64,000 nucleotides of DNA from contig JAQFVV010000002.1 of the NCBI GenBank assembly GCA_028023455.1, positions 2,046,001 to 2,110,000 on the forward strand, written 5' to 3'. The notes below the pieces were generated by a model. That model saw only the letters and a program-made list of their open reading frames with translations. It ran no database searches and had not been told where the DNA came from. Of the stretch, positions 36,201 through 51,140 are shown piece by piece. A program made the position numbers and the translations under genes. The first letter of the stretch is position 1. Every line of letters starts with the position of its first letter. Origin of the DNA: Epiperipatus broadwayi. Its lineage: Eukaryota; Animalia; Onychophora.

Positions 36201-38054
36201 GTTGAATGTATTTGTAATATTTAAATAAAGTTAAATTTTTCTAAAGACATTCAATACTCATATTAGATGATGGAAATAGTACAAACAATAAATACAACTT
36301 AAAGTTTGTTTGTTTATGATTTTCTTTCGTTTTTTTTTAATACAATTTTAATGTTCTATAAGTTTTTGTTTTACAGTACTTAATTATTTTATAAATTTTT
36401 GTAATTTGCAATATAAAAATGTGTGGAAAATCTACATCATAACTATTTTCAAATGACATCATAAAATTTCAAAAAGAGGCCAGCACTAATTAAAAGATTA
36501 CGGATGTTGAAAAAATTTTAAAGGAAAAGTATAGTTTTTGTTAAAGCAAGATAAAATTGGATTATGTAAATCTATTTTTGAACAATTAAACTGCATTTGC
36601 ATCACATATTTAATTTCCATTTGAATAGTGACAATTTTGATAAGTTATAATAATAGATTTGATAAACTTTTAAGATTTCTGTTTAAATATATATTTTTCA
36701 CTTATTAAAGTAAAATTTAAATTGAGATGGGTACAGCAAAAAAAAAATTACCACTGAATTTAATAAACTTTTATAGTGAAATTGATAAACTTTTAGGATG
36801 GCAGTTGAAATATATTTAACACATAGAAAAGATAAGTTTTAAAATATCATGTATGAGAGAAAGTAAATTTTAAAATGGTGTGGGTATTTAGCTGACCTTA
36901 AAGGTATTAATCTCCATGAATCAAATAAAATATTGATATATATATATGATAATAAAAAAAATAGATCAAATTTAAGAAATAAAGGTGTTAGCGATAGGCT
37001 CCCTTTATCTTTGAAATTAATTCAACTTACAATTATTATAAAAAGATAACCTTTTTTACACTAATGTAAAATATTATTTTTCCCCTATCCTTTATTTATT
37101 TATTATCTATCTATCTTATATATATATGGATTTTTGCTTTATGGTACTTAATTCAATTTAAGCAATAAATCAACAAAAGTAAATGTAAGCAGTAAATTAC
37201 TTATGTTTAAAAGTAATAGTAATGTGTGTAGTATACAATCTTTTATTAAGGGTTTTATAAATTACATTAAATGATATTAAAAATTAGCTGATGCAATATT
37301 TTAAAATCATTAAAATATATTTTTATTATTTTATATTTATATATAATATATGCTAATATTTCATAAGTTTTGTGATGAACAGCTAAAGTACGTCTACACA
37401 ATATATTCATTGAATCAGAGATGGCACTCCAGCCAGCTTTAAGAGAATACCAGTCAAATTTTTACTTGGACCCCCATACTACAATTACCACCATTATTAA
37501 TAATAATATCTTTTAGGGAAATTTATTAATCAAACTATACATAAGCATGAAAATGAATAATTAGTTAAGCACCTATGTCAATATATAAAGCAAGCCAACA
37601 ATTATATCATAAATGGATAGTATGTTAGCAAGGAACAGGGACAACATTACTTAACCCTGAAGACTAAATCAATCTTATCTCCTCTCTCCATACATCAACT
37701 TGATAATATTTATTAGCTAAATTATAAATGTATGATTCTATCCAATATATATATATATTGAAAAATACATGTATTACCAATAGAATGCCAAAAACTGTAT
37801 CTTCTAAAACTAATTATCATATATAAAATATTATATGAAATTATTCAAATTAAAAATGCATAATTTTAATCAATAGAATAAAAATTATTAATAATAAAAC
37901 TCTTTCAAAAATGCATATTTAAATATATTATACTTCATAAATAGTATGCCTGGAATAAATTCCATAAAATTAATTCCTTTTACAAGTCATTATTATTTGT
38001 AATTAATCAACTTTGTTGCATATTTTTGCATACTGACATGTTTTGGGTGTACTA

Positions 38055-38882
38055 TAATGAGAGGGAACCCAAAAATAACTGGAATTTTGTAATAAAAGTT
38101 TTTTTTTTTCATTTTTAGTTGTTACAAATGCACCAGTCCAAATGTGTTTTTTGCTTTTCAAAGTAGTCCAGAAGTTCTTGCAAAATGGTGTCTTTTAATT
38201 TCTATGTTTTTTTTTTCTTCACCACTCATAAGTTTGCAAAAAAAAAATTGACATACTTTTTTCATTCAAGAGAATAAAAAGAAATCAAAGACAGAGAGAT
38301 TGATGAATATGGCTTTTAGATAAGCTGTGTCTTGCCAAATTTACTTAAAAATTGTTTCACACTCAAGCATTATGCACTAACATGTCATGATGAAGATTGC
38401 ATTCCTCATTTTGTCACAAAACAAGATGTTTACATTTTATCACATTACACAAACTTTTTTTAAAAAATGCCTGGTTATTATAAACAAATTTTGAATGATT
38501 AATGCTCTTTGCATCCAAAAAAAAATCAGCATTGTCTCGACATTGGACTTCACTCACCATACTTTTTTGGGATGTAGTGAATTTGACACTTCCATTAAAC
38601 CATTCAGAAATTTGTTTTTCTCCCAAAGTAGCTTACTTGTAAGCTGTTTCAAACATTACAATTGTTTTCTCTGCCATTTTTTCTACAAGAAAACAGAATT
38701 TCACATTGTTCCAACTTATACTTTACAAAAAAAAAATGCTACATGGCATCATGATTTCAAAAGTTGACATTATTTTGAAGATAAATGCAGAAAGGTTCCT
38801 GCAAGAGGCATCTAATAGCAAAAGCATATAGTACAAGAGATCTACCTACCAAAAACAATTCCAATTATTTTTGCCCCCCCCA
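38055..38882 (-). mobile_element. Internally deleted mariner transposon
   Basis: Minus strand KMAEKTIVMFETAYK*ATLGEKQISEWF (HTH) joined to FFLDAKSINHSKF..NQAFF (catalytic region); imperfect TIRs cccaaaaataactggaatt / aattccaattatttttgccc near TA. Confidence 0.75.
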
Positions 38883-39090
38883 TATATCAGAGTATATGTT
38901 TAGTTTATCATGTGAGAAATATATTTAAACTAAAATTCCTAAAAATTGATTACATTAAGTAGTATAACAAATCATAAAACAATTTTTTTGAGATATTTCT
39001 TTTTGATATTTCATATATTATTATTTCATTTAAATAATAGTAAATATAGAGGACGCAGCACGGTGTGTTATATTATTTTATTTCACTAAT

Positions 39091-39116
39091 GCGAGCGAAG
39101 CTGCTGGTACAGCTAG
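39091..39116 (+). mobile_element. Helitron-type 3' terminus
   Basis: GCGAGCGAAGCTGCTGGTACAGCTAG|T resembles the GCGAAGCCGCGGG...CTAG|T ends of arthropod Helitrons; 5' end not located. Confidence 0.5.
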
Positions 39117-39538
39117 TTTATTAAAAAATAATAAACTTACTATCTGTTTATATATATAGTTAGATTGTTACTTTATAATAAATTTAAAATAATACTTAAA
39201 GTATATTAAATATTAGAACATTTTGGTGATAGACGATAAAATAAAGAGAGAAAATTAAAATGACATCAAACTGTGCCATCTAGGATCAAGTATTTTTTTA
39301 AAAAATTTGTATCAAGCAAATAATATTTGTAACACCCCCCCCCCCCATAATAAACGTACACGCATGTGCGTATATAAATTTATGCATCCACGCATGTGTG
39401 TATATATAAAGATTTTATTTTGTTTGCAGCACCCGATATTTTTTTTAAATTTGCAAAAGATTTGTTCTACTATTTACACGAATAAAAGAATATTACGGGG
39501 AGAAATAGTGTGCCTTGACGCATGATTAATAAGTGGGA

Positions 39539-39596
39539 ATGGAGCAGGTGTTAGAATATTCTATTACGATAGTCGATGATAATCATGCTCAGACGG
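39539..39596 (+). CDS. Candidate first coding exon (unknown product)
   Basis: ATG GAG CAG...ACG G|GTAAGA encodes MEQVLEYSITIVDDNHAQT(G), with a strong donor, in a CpG-retaining region. No homology recognised. Confidence 0.25.
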
Positions 39597-41459
39597 GTAA
39601 GATTGCCTCGAGCTAGAACCAATGGGGAAAAAATAAACCAATGTCAGAACTCAATACTGTAATAAATAAAAATCTAAAAGCTAAACGATTTTATTTAAAT
39701 TATCGATATACAAAAATAAAATAAAAGTATGAATTTAAATTATTATTGTTTTTTTTAAAAAGGCAATTAGAAAAGTAATAATAACATGTTCTAGTTTTTA
39801 TTTAGACAAAATATATTATCAATATAACTTTTTTTTGCAATACTTTAAATACATTTTTTTTCTTTTTATTCAGTGACCGGAAATTTTTTTGATTCTAAAG
39901 AGAAAAATGCACCTGTTTTATTTCCACATAACATTCTCTTTGAATATAATTAGCTTATTTTTTCCTATATATTTAATTATTAAAAAAAAGTTTAAGTACA
40001 TTTGAATTTATGTATTGCTCGTATGTTTATATGCGTGTATAGATATCTATATATGTATATGCACATACCTGGAATAAAATAATTAACAACATTTTTTTTA
40101 AAAAAGAAAGATTGTTAATAAATTAGAAAAAAAAAAAGACTATTATAAATGTCTTATTTATTAATGAATATGGTAACGTAATGGGAAACTAATCATATGC
40201 TTTTGAAGAGCAAATTTAATTCGAAAAAGGAAATATGTATAGTGCTTAAAAAGCAAAGTTTTTAATTAATGAGATCTTCCGTTTACAAATCCTAGTAAAA
40301 AATGGACACAGACTCATTCAAATAAAATATGTTGAAATGTTTACATGTCTAAAAGATAGAATATAGGACGTACTTATCAGTTTGTAAGAAATAAAACGTG
40401 TGTTAATGTTAAACTTTTAAAAAAATAAAAATTCATAAAAAAGAAAATGTTAACGACAGTTGATATCTTTATCAATTTAGGCTAAAACATAAAAAATAAT
40501 TCAGAATGTCAGAATATTTTGAAGTTCATTCAGACTTAGAACATAAATAAGAATATTCCAGGGCCATTACGTAAACAGGAAATAAGATGACAAAAATTAA
40601 AACAAAACAAAAAACAATCGAAGGGAGACTTTTTTTAAAATTGAAACAAAAGCATAAGGAGAAAAAAGACAAATATTTTAACAAAGAGCATTTAAAAACA
40701 TAAATATGTGTAATTCTTTATAGTAACACGGAAATGGCATATATATAATTGTAAAATAAGAGATTAAGTTATAGAAGGGAATAAAAACATTATGATATAA
40801 AATGTTTTTTTTTTGGGAATTGAGAGAAAAAATATACATGAATAAAAGAGAAAAACAATAAAACTATTAAAATAGTTTACCATCAAGTGAATTTAAATGT
40901 CATTATGTCAAAAGATAAAATAATCTATGACAATCAAATCCCAAAAATTATGGAATTATTATAGATTTTTTTTTTTTTTGCTTTGAAAAAAATATTCTCT
41001 AACTTGCTGATAGTGGTATAGGGAAAGTTATCAAAACTGTCAACATTGGCATGGAAACTCAGCTGTTGATATCTACATAACATCACAGACATGCTATTCA
41101 TTAAATGAGACGTAAAGTGTATACATGACTAGAAACAATATCTAGTTTAATAAAAGATTAGAAATAATTATTAATATAAAGTTGTGAGTGTAGAAAGTTT
41201 GATATATGTAATCAAACTATAGTAATTTGCTATCTATGTAATATTAAACAAATAATAAAAATATATGTAAGAGAGATTATGAACTGGGCCAAATGATGAA
41301 TAGTAGTTTAACACAAAACGTGCACTTTGGGGACTATTTCCAATATGTGATGAAATAAAAGGTTGAAATATATACATAATTTAATTTCATATACACACTT
41401 CTAGATATACTTAAATTTAATTTCATATTTATTATACCAGTTTAGGCTCAGATTTATTT

Positions 41460-42350
41460 AAAATAAAGCTAGTCTGACTTTACAAGCTTTTTATCCTTGT
41501 CCCCAAACAAATGGATATATAAAAAAGAAATTACAAGCTTTTTACCCCTACCTCCAAACAAATGGGTATATAAAAAAAGAAAGAAGAAAACATAATATCA
41601 TCAAATGTACCCAGGTTGGAATTTTTTTTCTTGTAAACGTCACATGCTATTAATTTCGTTCATTCTTATTTATACCAGTAAGAGATTTTTTAAATATATA
41701 TATATTGATTTGTAACATTAGATGAAGTGCCCAGATTTATTATGAGTAATCTTGAATAGTGATGATATAAAAAAAGTTATGGAAGATGTCAGGTTTTTTT
41801 TAGGTTTTTTTGTTTAGAGAGAAAACTTTCTTGTTTTAAGAAAGCTGTAATATCGTCTTTGTCAAGAAGTTTTGATCACATCAACCAGTAAAAACTCTGT
41901 TAAACTGCAGTCCAGTAACTTAAGCTGATTAGAATGGCATTTTTAGTTGATTAAAAGCATCTAATTTGCAAACTATTTAACTCAAATAATATAAAAAATG
42001 GTACAATAGCTGGAATTTTTATTATGCTAGTGTAAAAAATTATTATTCTACTGATCAATTAAAGCTGGAACTTAATAGCTTCCTGCAGATATCAATTTTA
42101 AATATGTGTTGTTCTTGTATGCTCAACTATTAATGATGTAGCCATAGCAGTCACATGATTTTTGTCAGCCTATCCATGGTGATTACATAATCCATCCATG
42201 GTGATTACATAATCCATTTGTATCATCAGTCTATCCAGAGAATAACACAAAATAGATCAAACAAAGCCTTAAATTTTTTTAATAAAACAGGCTTACAGAT
42301 CAATTTTTAAAGAATTTGAACCTATTTTAGTAGGCTAAAATGTAAAATGA
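41460..42350. repeat. Dispersed repeat, copy 1 (unclassified)
   Basis: Collinear similarity to 49530-50400, e.g. shared aaaactttcttgttttaagaaagctgtaatatc; contains ~50-bp and 22-bp tandem duplications. Confidence 0.8.
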
Positions 42351-45300
42351 GAATTCTGATGTTATGGTAAAATAATTTTTATTTAAAATAATGCTTTTAT
42401 AAACAATAACAAACATAGGAAATATTAAAATTAATATTAATTTTTTCTGAATAATTTTAATATTTTGTTTTCCACTTAAATATGTATTGAATTTTTTTTT
42501 CTTCTTAATACATTTTTTTTTAAAGCCGGAGCAAATAGAATTTATAATTTAATTTCTTATTCAATTATTAATATTTATTATAGTTTGTGTATATCAGTTT
42601 ATTGTTTGATTTGCATTTTGCCAATTTTTATTTGTTTATTAAAGATATAATTAAATAATAATAATAATAATTATATGATTGTTTTATATTGGAGATAACA
42701 TGTTGGAGTTCATAAGTTAAATTCAATATAATTAAATAACTTTTTTTTGTGATATGAATACGTATTTGCCTATATATTGTACCAGTACACAATGTCGAAT
42801 GGGATATATCAACAAGTACAACCACCTAATAAACAGTTATTGATTATTCCCATGGAAGGGTTCATGGTTTATATTACAACCATCATTACACGTTATCATC
42901 CAGGTAGCTATACTAATTTCAACTAAGAATATAAATCCTATCCAGGTGGAGTATCTGTCAGCTATGGCTAGCTTGTGGGTTTTATTCGTTGAAGCCAACA
43001 AATTCCCCAAATGGGATATATTGCATCATACTCATATTGAAGATTCCATACCATTCCAACTTGTGACTGCACAGATATAATTGATATACTACTTTGAAAC
43101 CAAGATACACCTCATTAAATTTATCCAAAAACTCTTATATTATAAAAAAAAAATATCCATGATCATCATCAACATCTAGGTAATTGTTGTTCCATTCATC
43201 AATACTTTAAACAAATAAGTCTAAGGTATATGTCACTAAATCCTTCTACAGAAACATGAGGGAAATCTATTATATACCTCAAGCCCCATATGTCACACCC
43301 AATAATCAAATAACTTAGATGATTTACATATTTATATCCCATTTCATTTGCGGGTATGGGACTATTTCTAGTAATCTCTATAATCACTTAATAGTGTTAT
43401 GACAATCCTAATCCTAATATTCATATAAACAGCTTATACAATCATCATTGATGATGATGATTAAATATTAACCAACTAACCTAATTCATAACTATCATTC
43501 AAACTCAGCATAAATTCTTAGATCCCTATTAATTATGAGATTAAATCAAACCAATGATGATGACAACCAACCACCCTCTGATAATGATCAGATGATCAGA
43601 TATATGTGTTGTGAATTAATTAAATAATAAAACTAAAAATAACAATAATACTAATAATAATAATAATACTGAAGCAAATATTATATAATTATGTTTATTA
43701 AGATTCCTTTCTTTTTAATAAAACAAATTTCTGATCATTCAATTGACTTTAATTATTATATTAATTGAAATAATACACCAATAAAAGCACTATATATGTA
43801 ACCAAATAAGAGAATTAAATACATATGCTACCATCTATTTAAGCTAAGCTGGTTTAAAATGAAATATTTCAATAACAAAAGAAAACATTCCATTTAATAC
43901 TTATTCAATATTTTCTCCTCCAGCTTTACTATATATGTTATAAATGCAATATAAAAATCATTTACACAGTGTGTATGTGTGTTCACTTTTATACATGTGA
44001 ATCCATGCTCTACTAATTTGCTCACTGAAGGTAAAAAAAGTAAAACCTATTAAGCATTAAGATTTTACTATAATCTGTTCTAACTTATCTTAATTAACAT
44101 ATGTCTGTATAAGCAGTCATCCACACACACTCATGATATGTTGACATATATCATGTTAAAATGTTTTCCCTTCATATTATTAAATTACAAATAAATCATA
44201 CATATAAAAAAATTATTTAAATCTTGAGCAAAGCAACATTTATATCAAATTTAAATATGCAAAATAAATATAAAAAACATTATAAAATATATACTGACAG
44301 ATTGCTCAAGTACTGTTGGTTATTCTATTAATGGTTAGATAACCCAATCAATGACAATAATAAATAAAAGACATATTAAATTACAATAAAAAAATAATAT
44401 TCAAAGATAATAAAAAGTAAGTATAATAACTTCAAAATTTATTTGTGATGTTGTTATGAATAATGATAATTAATAAAAAAAACTTGTAATGTTTATGTAT
44501 TAAAAAAAAGAAATGATGTTTGACCCATAGAAGGAGATTCAAATGACTACTTTAAATCAGTAAAAAAAAAGGTTAATAAATTTTTAAAGTTATTGATCCA
44601 TTTTTAATTCTTGAAAATGTCCAAGCTGAGACAAAACACTGCTCTCTTTTTTATAAATTTCAGGCTTATTTCTATAACTCCTAATGAAAATAAAAGAAAA
44701 CTTAAAAAAGTGCTTAGTAGATTAGTTGAGGCTTGATGTGTGGATTATATACATCTTTCTTTTCTTTTCTCCCTTTCTTTAAAGATGATAATTCTTTAAT
44801 AAACCATGAGATGGAAAAGAAGTCTGAGACAAAATGTGTTTTTGGTGTGGTTAACTAGAAATGTGGCCATTCTCTGGGTCTTAAATATATGTATGCATGT
44901 GCAGACAAAATGCTTAACTCATAGTAGTCTGGATCTTGGGACAGAATAATGCAATTTAACAATGCATTATCCCTTCTTAACTGCTAAGAAAAGATACAAA
45001 TATGAGTCCATTTTTCTTTAAAGCAACAATTTATATATTCTTCTTATAACACCATTTTACTTTTAGCTTCATTTTGAGGATTGAATCTTTATCGATCCTA
45101 ATGGAGATTTATTGATTTCTTCCACTAAGTTCCTGTCTATTCTGAAACTCTTTTCATAACTCAGATATATATATAGTTTTTTCTTGAATAACTTAAATGC
45201 AATATTATTCATAGATCAGCACATCTCCGGTTATAGTATATAAAGCAATACTTCAACATTTTTCTGCTCAAAAATTATCTTTTCTCCCAATGGTACATTA

Positions 45301-46349
45301 AACTTTTTTTTCTCTGATTTCCCCTTTTCTCAAACTCTCATACTTAATAACAGTGATCTTATTTTTGGTTATTTCATATAAAGTAATACTTTAACATTTT
45401 TTCCTTGAAAAATTAAAAATCATTTTGCTCTCACTTCTTCCCTCACTGCAGAGAACTTGAAAAAAAATATTAAGACAATTTCTTTGCAACCCAGCCATTT
45501 TTATATCTTAATTTTCATAATTTATCAGCAGCTGTGTACAGACTATATGTTAAAGCCCCTTCATTAATCAGCCAAAGGTCTTTTTAAATAAACCACTATG
45601 ATCTTAAAAGCAAAAGAAACTTGAAACTGATAAATCTTACTGGCATCAAGTAAAAAAAAAACATTAATACCTTCTTCTGTGTCAAAGACCGCTCTTTTTG
45701 ACAATTTTTTTACAAGCCATTATGTATACAACAATAAGAAAAAATCAAAATATATGTATAGGTAAAACAGCAAATGTCATTATCATTGATTTACACATCT
45801 ACATCATTATTTCAGACCACATGTGCATTTTTTTCTTCAGGCTATCTATTTGATGACCTCAGATTTACCAACTGAACAATCTATTTTAACCTGTTTTGCT
45901 TAAAAAAATAAGCTATATAATGGAATTACTATATTATTTAATACAAGAATCTAAAACAACTATCTCTTATAATATTCATCTTAATTCTTTTTTTTTTCAT
46001 TACTACTTACTAAGAAAAAATCCCATATATAAATATTTATAATACACACACAAACAAAGACACACAAAATTTATTTTTAGTATTTAATAATATATGTGGG
46101 AATTGGACTCTATCCCTACAATATATATGTACATTTTATTTTTTATAGGTTTATTTCATCCCTAAGTATCTTATAAAGAATATAAGAAGTATAAATAATT
46201 TTTTGTTTTATTATATTTATATTATCTTTAGTTGCCCATTTCTCTTTCTGTCTCTCTCTCATTCCAAACCTAGTTAAATATCTATTACACACACCCCTGT
46301 AGTGCATTGCCATGCTTTTTTCTTTTGAGGTAAAAGTGAATAAATGGTA

Positions 46350-47800
46350 AGGCTAATATCTAATATGATAGGGAAAGATTTGATAATGACCCATAGATAT
46401 CTCTTGCTTCAGAGATGGTGCCCTAATTTGCAGTATGGCAGATATGTTTTAAATAAGTACATCTATAATGACAAATGATAAACCCTGTATGTATTTAGAC
46501 ATGTTTGATGAAAATGATGGTCTGGAAATATGTCTGGATTCTCAGTTTGATGATCCTTAATTAGGATACTCAGCCCAAAGATAGTCAATATGATTATTTC
46601 TAACACTAATTAATTGCAGGATTTAATATCTTGTACATACTTATGTAGAATTTTATAAATCCAAAAATGGAGTAAAATCATAAGCCTGTTCATTTTAGGT
46701 CAAGTATGTATGCTCTAAATTTATTTACCATTCACTAGATAGTTTATTTGTTATGGATAAATGTGGGACTTTGATAAATTTGCCACAATAAAGTGTGATA
46801 GACCTGCTAAACAAGCCCATATATGCTAGACTGAGGTCATTAAAATTGAACTGATAGATATTCATTTGGTGCAAAATGTGAGTGTCCAACATAAATATAA
46901 TAGAAAAATATTAATTAGTGTCTTAATGGAATGAAAGAAGTTTGACATTAATAATTGTTAAGATAGAAGAAGATAGAAATAGGTAGGCAAAATGATAAAT
47001 AAGTTAGTAGTGAAGACAGAGACATTAAGTTGGATATAGAAAATGCTATATAGTAAAGAAGAAAATGGTGTTCTAATTTTATATAATAATAGTAAATATA
47101 ATATAGTTTTGGAATCTAATTTTATGCAAGTAATAGAAGTAAATAAAAAGTAAATATAATATTTTATACTAATTGTAGGTGATCAATAGAAGTTTTTAAA
47201 TAATAATAACAGATAGAATTAAACAAGTATAGTTCTCTATAACTCGATGATTATAAAATCAAAATTAAAGAAAATGGAAAATATTGAAATAGTGAAAACC
47301 AGCCATACAAGAGATGGAACAAGCAACAGAGTTAGAGTCTGAAAACAGAGAAGGCTAACTTATAAAAACTATGTCAACAGCAATAGATTTACAAATGATG
47401 TATAATTTGATCTTGAGAGAGCCAACAAAAATGGATTTGAAATTATAAGATATGCAGGAAAACAAATACAAAATGAGGCAAAATATGCAGGAAAGCCAAC
47501 AATAATGTGTTATAGAATTAAGAGAAATGCAATAAAAGAAGAAAACCAGCTGCTGATGATAATGAGATTGAATGAAGTGAAATAGAAGATAAAAGTAGAT
47601 AATCAAAATATAATAAAATCTGTGTGTACAGTATGGAAAGAGATTTCAGTGGATTGAAAGAGAAACAAAATTAGCAAGAAGAAAGGATGAAAAAGATAGA
47701 ATGCCAAGTAGGAGAAAGTAATAAGGAAAATATCAGCGAAAGTAAAAATGAATTAACAATATGGGTGAAGGATTTAAAAATGAATATAGAAGATAAAGAT
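46350..47800 (+). mobile_element. Possible very old LINE remnant (ORF1 knuckles and endonuclease)
   Basis: Degenerate C..C/H spacing ~46.75-46.83 kb and NGVLIL-like APE motif ~47.06 kb; weak. Confidence 0.3.
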
Positions 47801-48089
47801 TATAGTAAAGAGAAAATAGTGAAACATTATTGTAAAAGAAAATAAATAGTTTAAAGCAGCTGTAATCCGCTGATGAGAGACAAGAGCAGCAATTCAGAAA
47901 GGCTTACTAGACAATATGAGCAGTATGGATTATACTGAAGTTAGATGTAATAAAAACCAATGATGGATGAGTCTTGAAATTGAAGTATTGAAATGCATAG
48001 TGAAGTTCACCAAAGTATGATATAAATTCTTAAAAATAAAAATATTTAAAGGCCTGGTATTGAATCAACTATAGAGCACTTGAATAGTT

Positions 48090-48500
48090 TAGAAAGATAT
48101 TTCAATCCCAACCTGATGGAAGAAGAGAGTAAGTTGGCTATAGCTTGTAGCCAGCCACAAAGTGATGCACAGACTTGGTGGGGATTTAATATTTGACACA
48201 CCTAATATCTTTCATAAATATAAATAATCATTCATAATAATCTTCTGGATTAAACATTATCAGGAGGAGATTTCTTATCATGTAATACAAGAAAAATTTA
48301 GAATGGGAACTGGAAAAATGTATTCTCAATTTTTTAGAAGACCGGTAACCAAATTAAGGATGTTTGATGCATGTGACATAATTGAAAGTCTGATTATTTA
48401 CATAATTTGGCATAATTTGCCCTTTACAATAGTGCATATACTACTTGACACAGATAGAAAGTCAATAGAACAGAACAGCTAGCTGAGTATCTCCATACTG
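48090..48500 (+). mobile_element. Isolated Gypsy gag capsid fragment
   Basis: ERYFNPNLMEEESKLAIACSQPQSDAQTWW resembles the K...A...L.G.A..WW capsid motif. Confidence 0.55.
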
Positions 48501-49529
48501 AAAATCAACCACTTAAACTATAAGATAAATCTAAAGAGCTAGCTCATTTGAATGTGTTAGAGATAGAGGGAAAAACAATAATGATGGTCATATTTGGAGA
48601 AATAGACTAAGATATCAATATTTTTGGCATGAAAGGCATAGTAGAGAGATGAACAGAACAGGAAATGGAAAGCAAAGTAGTGAAAGCTTTGAAAGAGAGT
48701 CTATAGTTTCACTGTCTATAACTTCCCCTAAAGGATTTAGTGGTAAAATCATTTCATGCTAGATATATGCATATTTTAGTATAAAAAATAAAATTTTGCT
48801 TTTGTAGTTATTATTATTTAAATTATTATTGTTATTATTAATTAAATTATTATTGTTAATAGTATATAGGATTATTATAGTTTAATTAGAGAAAACTAGG
48901 TTGTGCTATAGGATTTTGATTAGTGGTGCTTTGTTGATAGTAATAGAATGAGGATTCTAGCACTGACTTGAGAGTTTGATATTGCTCTTGGTGCTCTATG
49001 TTGAATTTTATCTCTGATCCTGCACCAATTCTCTAGTCATATAAGCAAGACATTTCATAGATCCAAACAAATCACGATTATAGACTAATCACTAAGTTGC
49101 AATAAAGCATAGATCAAATGTATGATAGATCATTGACTTTGATTTTCTATGTAAATCATATCCTAAGATTCCAAGAATACTCATTTAGAAAAAGTGTTAT
49201 GTATATATATATATTGTTGTTTGGCTTGTTGTTGTCTGTCTGTGCCAGCATTGTGTACCTTAGAATCAGTGGTTGATTCTTATACATTCTAAAATTTCAG
49301 GTGATAAACAAATGCTGGAATGATCCTCAAAAGTATTAAGTAGAGATATGATTTTTTTTTTATTTTGTGGTATATAAAACAAAACAATGTTAATTGTGTT
49401 ACTGGGTAAAAATACAGCCAGAACAAGGTGTAAATGTGGCAATGAAAAATGGAAATGTGTACCTGAGAATTTCATTCATTTTTTGGGTTGAGGAATATTG
49501 TACCAGTTTAAATTGTGTTCCATTTACAA

Positions 49530-50400
49530 TAAAACTAATCTGATCTTACAAGCTTTTATACTCATGCACTAGAATAAGTATATGAAAAAGAAAGAAGGAA
49601 AGAAATAATATAAGCCAAAGCATCCAGGCTGGAATTAATTTTTTTTTTAATAAAAGTTGCAAGATATTTATTTATTTCATTCCTATTAATACTAGAAAAA
49701 TATATTTAAATAGATAATACTTATATAAAGCTTAATAAGAATTAATATTTTTAAATAAAAAAAATTAATTTGCAACAATAGATAAAGATACCTCTATTTA
49801 TTATGTGTAATGTTGAATAACATTGATATTAAAAAGTTGTGCAAGATATTCATTTTTTAGTTCTTGTGCTTATAAAAACTTTCTTGTTTTAAGAAAGCTG
49901 TAATATCATCATTGTCAAGGACTTTTGATCATCTCAACCATAAAAATCTCTTTACCATCATTCCAATAAGTTAAGCTGATTTGAATGTCATTTTCATTTA
50001 TTTAAAAAACAACTAATCAGCAAATTATTTAATCACAGATAATATGGAAAACTTTACAATAGTTAAAAATCTCACTATCCTGGGATAACATTTTTTTTAG
50101 TACATTGTTCTACTAAACCTGGAACTATGAAACTTCCTGAAGATGTCATTTTTAAAAATGGGTCATTTCTGAATGAATCACTGCAGATGTCAATTTTTAA
50201 AATGTGTTGTTCCTGCATGCATCAATCATTAATAATCTAAAACCAGTAGTATCTATTATCTTAGCCTATTCACTATGAATGCATAATGCAATCATAATAT
50301 TCTACCTGGAGAATAGCTAAAGAAAAGTACATCATGATTTGTACCTATTTTTATAGATCAAAGTTTAAAATCAGAATTCTGATGCTATAAAATGATAAGT
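49530..50400. repeat. Dispersed repeat, copy 2 (unclassified)
   Basis: Same orientation and order of blocks as 41460-42350, substantially diverged. Confidence 0.8.
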
Positions 50401-51140
50401 AAGTGAATAAAATAAAGGAAATACATATAATAAAATCAAGTTAAATAAATAAGTAAAAATAAAATATCTGTAGAAAAATAACAACAGAAGTAGCATAATA
50501 AAGTAAAATAGTTTTTGAATATACATATGTTAATAAGAGAAAGTTAAATAAATGGTTTAAAATAATATTTGGAAGGGATAATATAAATAAATAAAATAAG
50601 TGAAATAAATCTAAGTTTATGTTAGGAGTGTAGAAGGGATGGTAATTGAAAGAAAGGAGAATATGAGGTATAGAATTGAGTTTTAGGGAAGGGGTAAAAG
50701 TGTAAGGCTGTAGGCTGGGTGAAAATAGTAAACATAACAGACTATCAGGGAAATATTCTCAGGTGAGGGTTCAGAAAGTTATGGGCTTATCCAGTTATTC
50801 TTTAAATATGTGCATTGGGAATAACCAGTTCTTGGGGGAGAATCTTCCATTTTCTTTAAATATGCACACTGGGAACAACTAGGATAAGTTGTGGATCACT
50901 TCTTTTGGAAAGAGTCCCCATATCTCATACATCATTTCCAAAGTGTAAGTAGAATTGGACAGTAGATGAATCCTGCCATTTGCAATGACCCCATTTTACT
51001 TTCTTGGATGTAGTTTCATAGTCTAATCGCATCCCAACATCTGGTAAAAACCGACATATGAAGCTTCATTTCACATACATGCAAGTTGGTCTAAGCCAGG
51101 GAAATCCTGCCTCCGCCTCATCTCAAAATCCCTGGCTCAC

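Noticed and set aside
43924-44030. Plus-strand exon-like segment with good AG and GT
   Set aside because: Stops in all three frames; splice-like signals are common in AT-rich DNA.
39539-45880. Splicing the 39596 donor to the acceptor at 45840 to make a 30-aa peptide
   Set aside because: Phase-compatible but arbitrary; no independent support.
47870-47910. CTGATGAG...GAAA hammerhead candidate
   Set aside because: No convincing stem I, II or III pairing.
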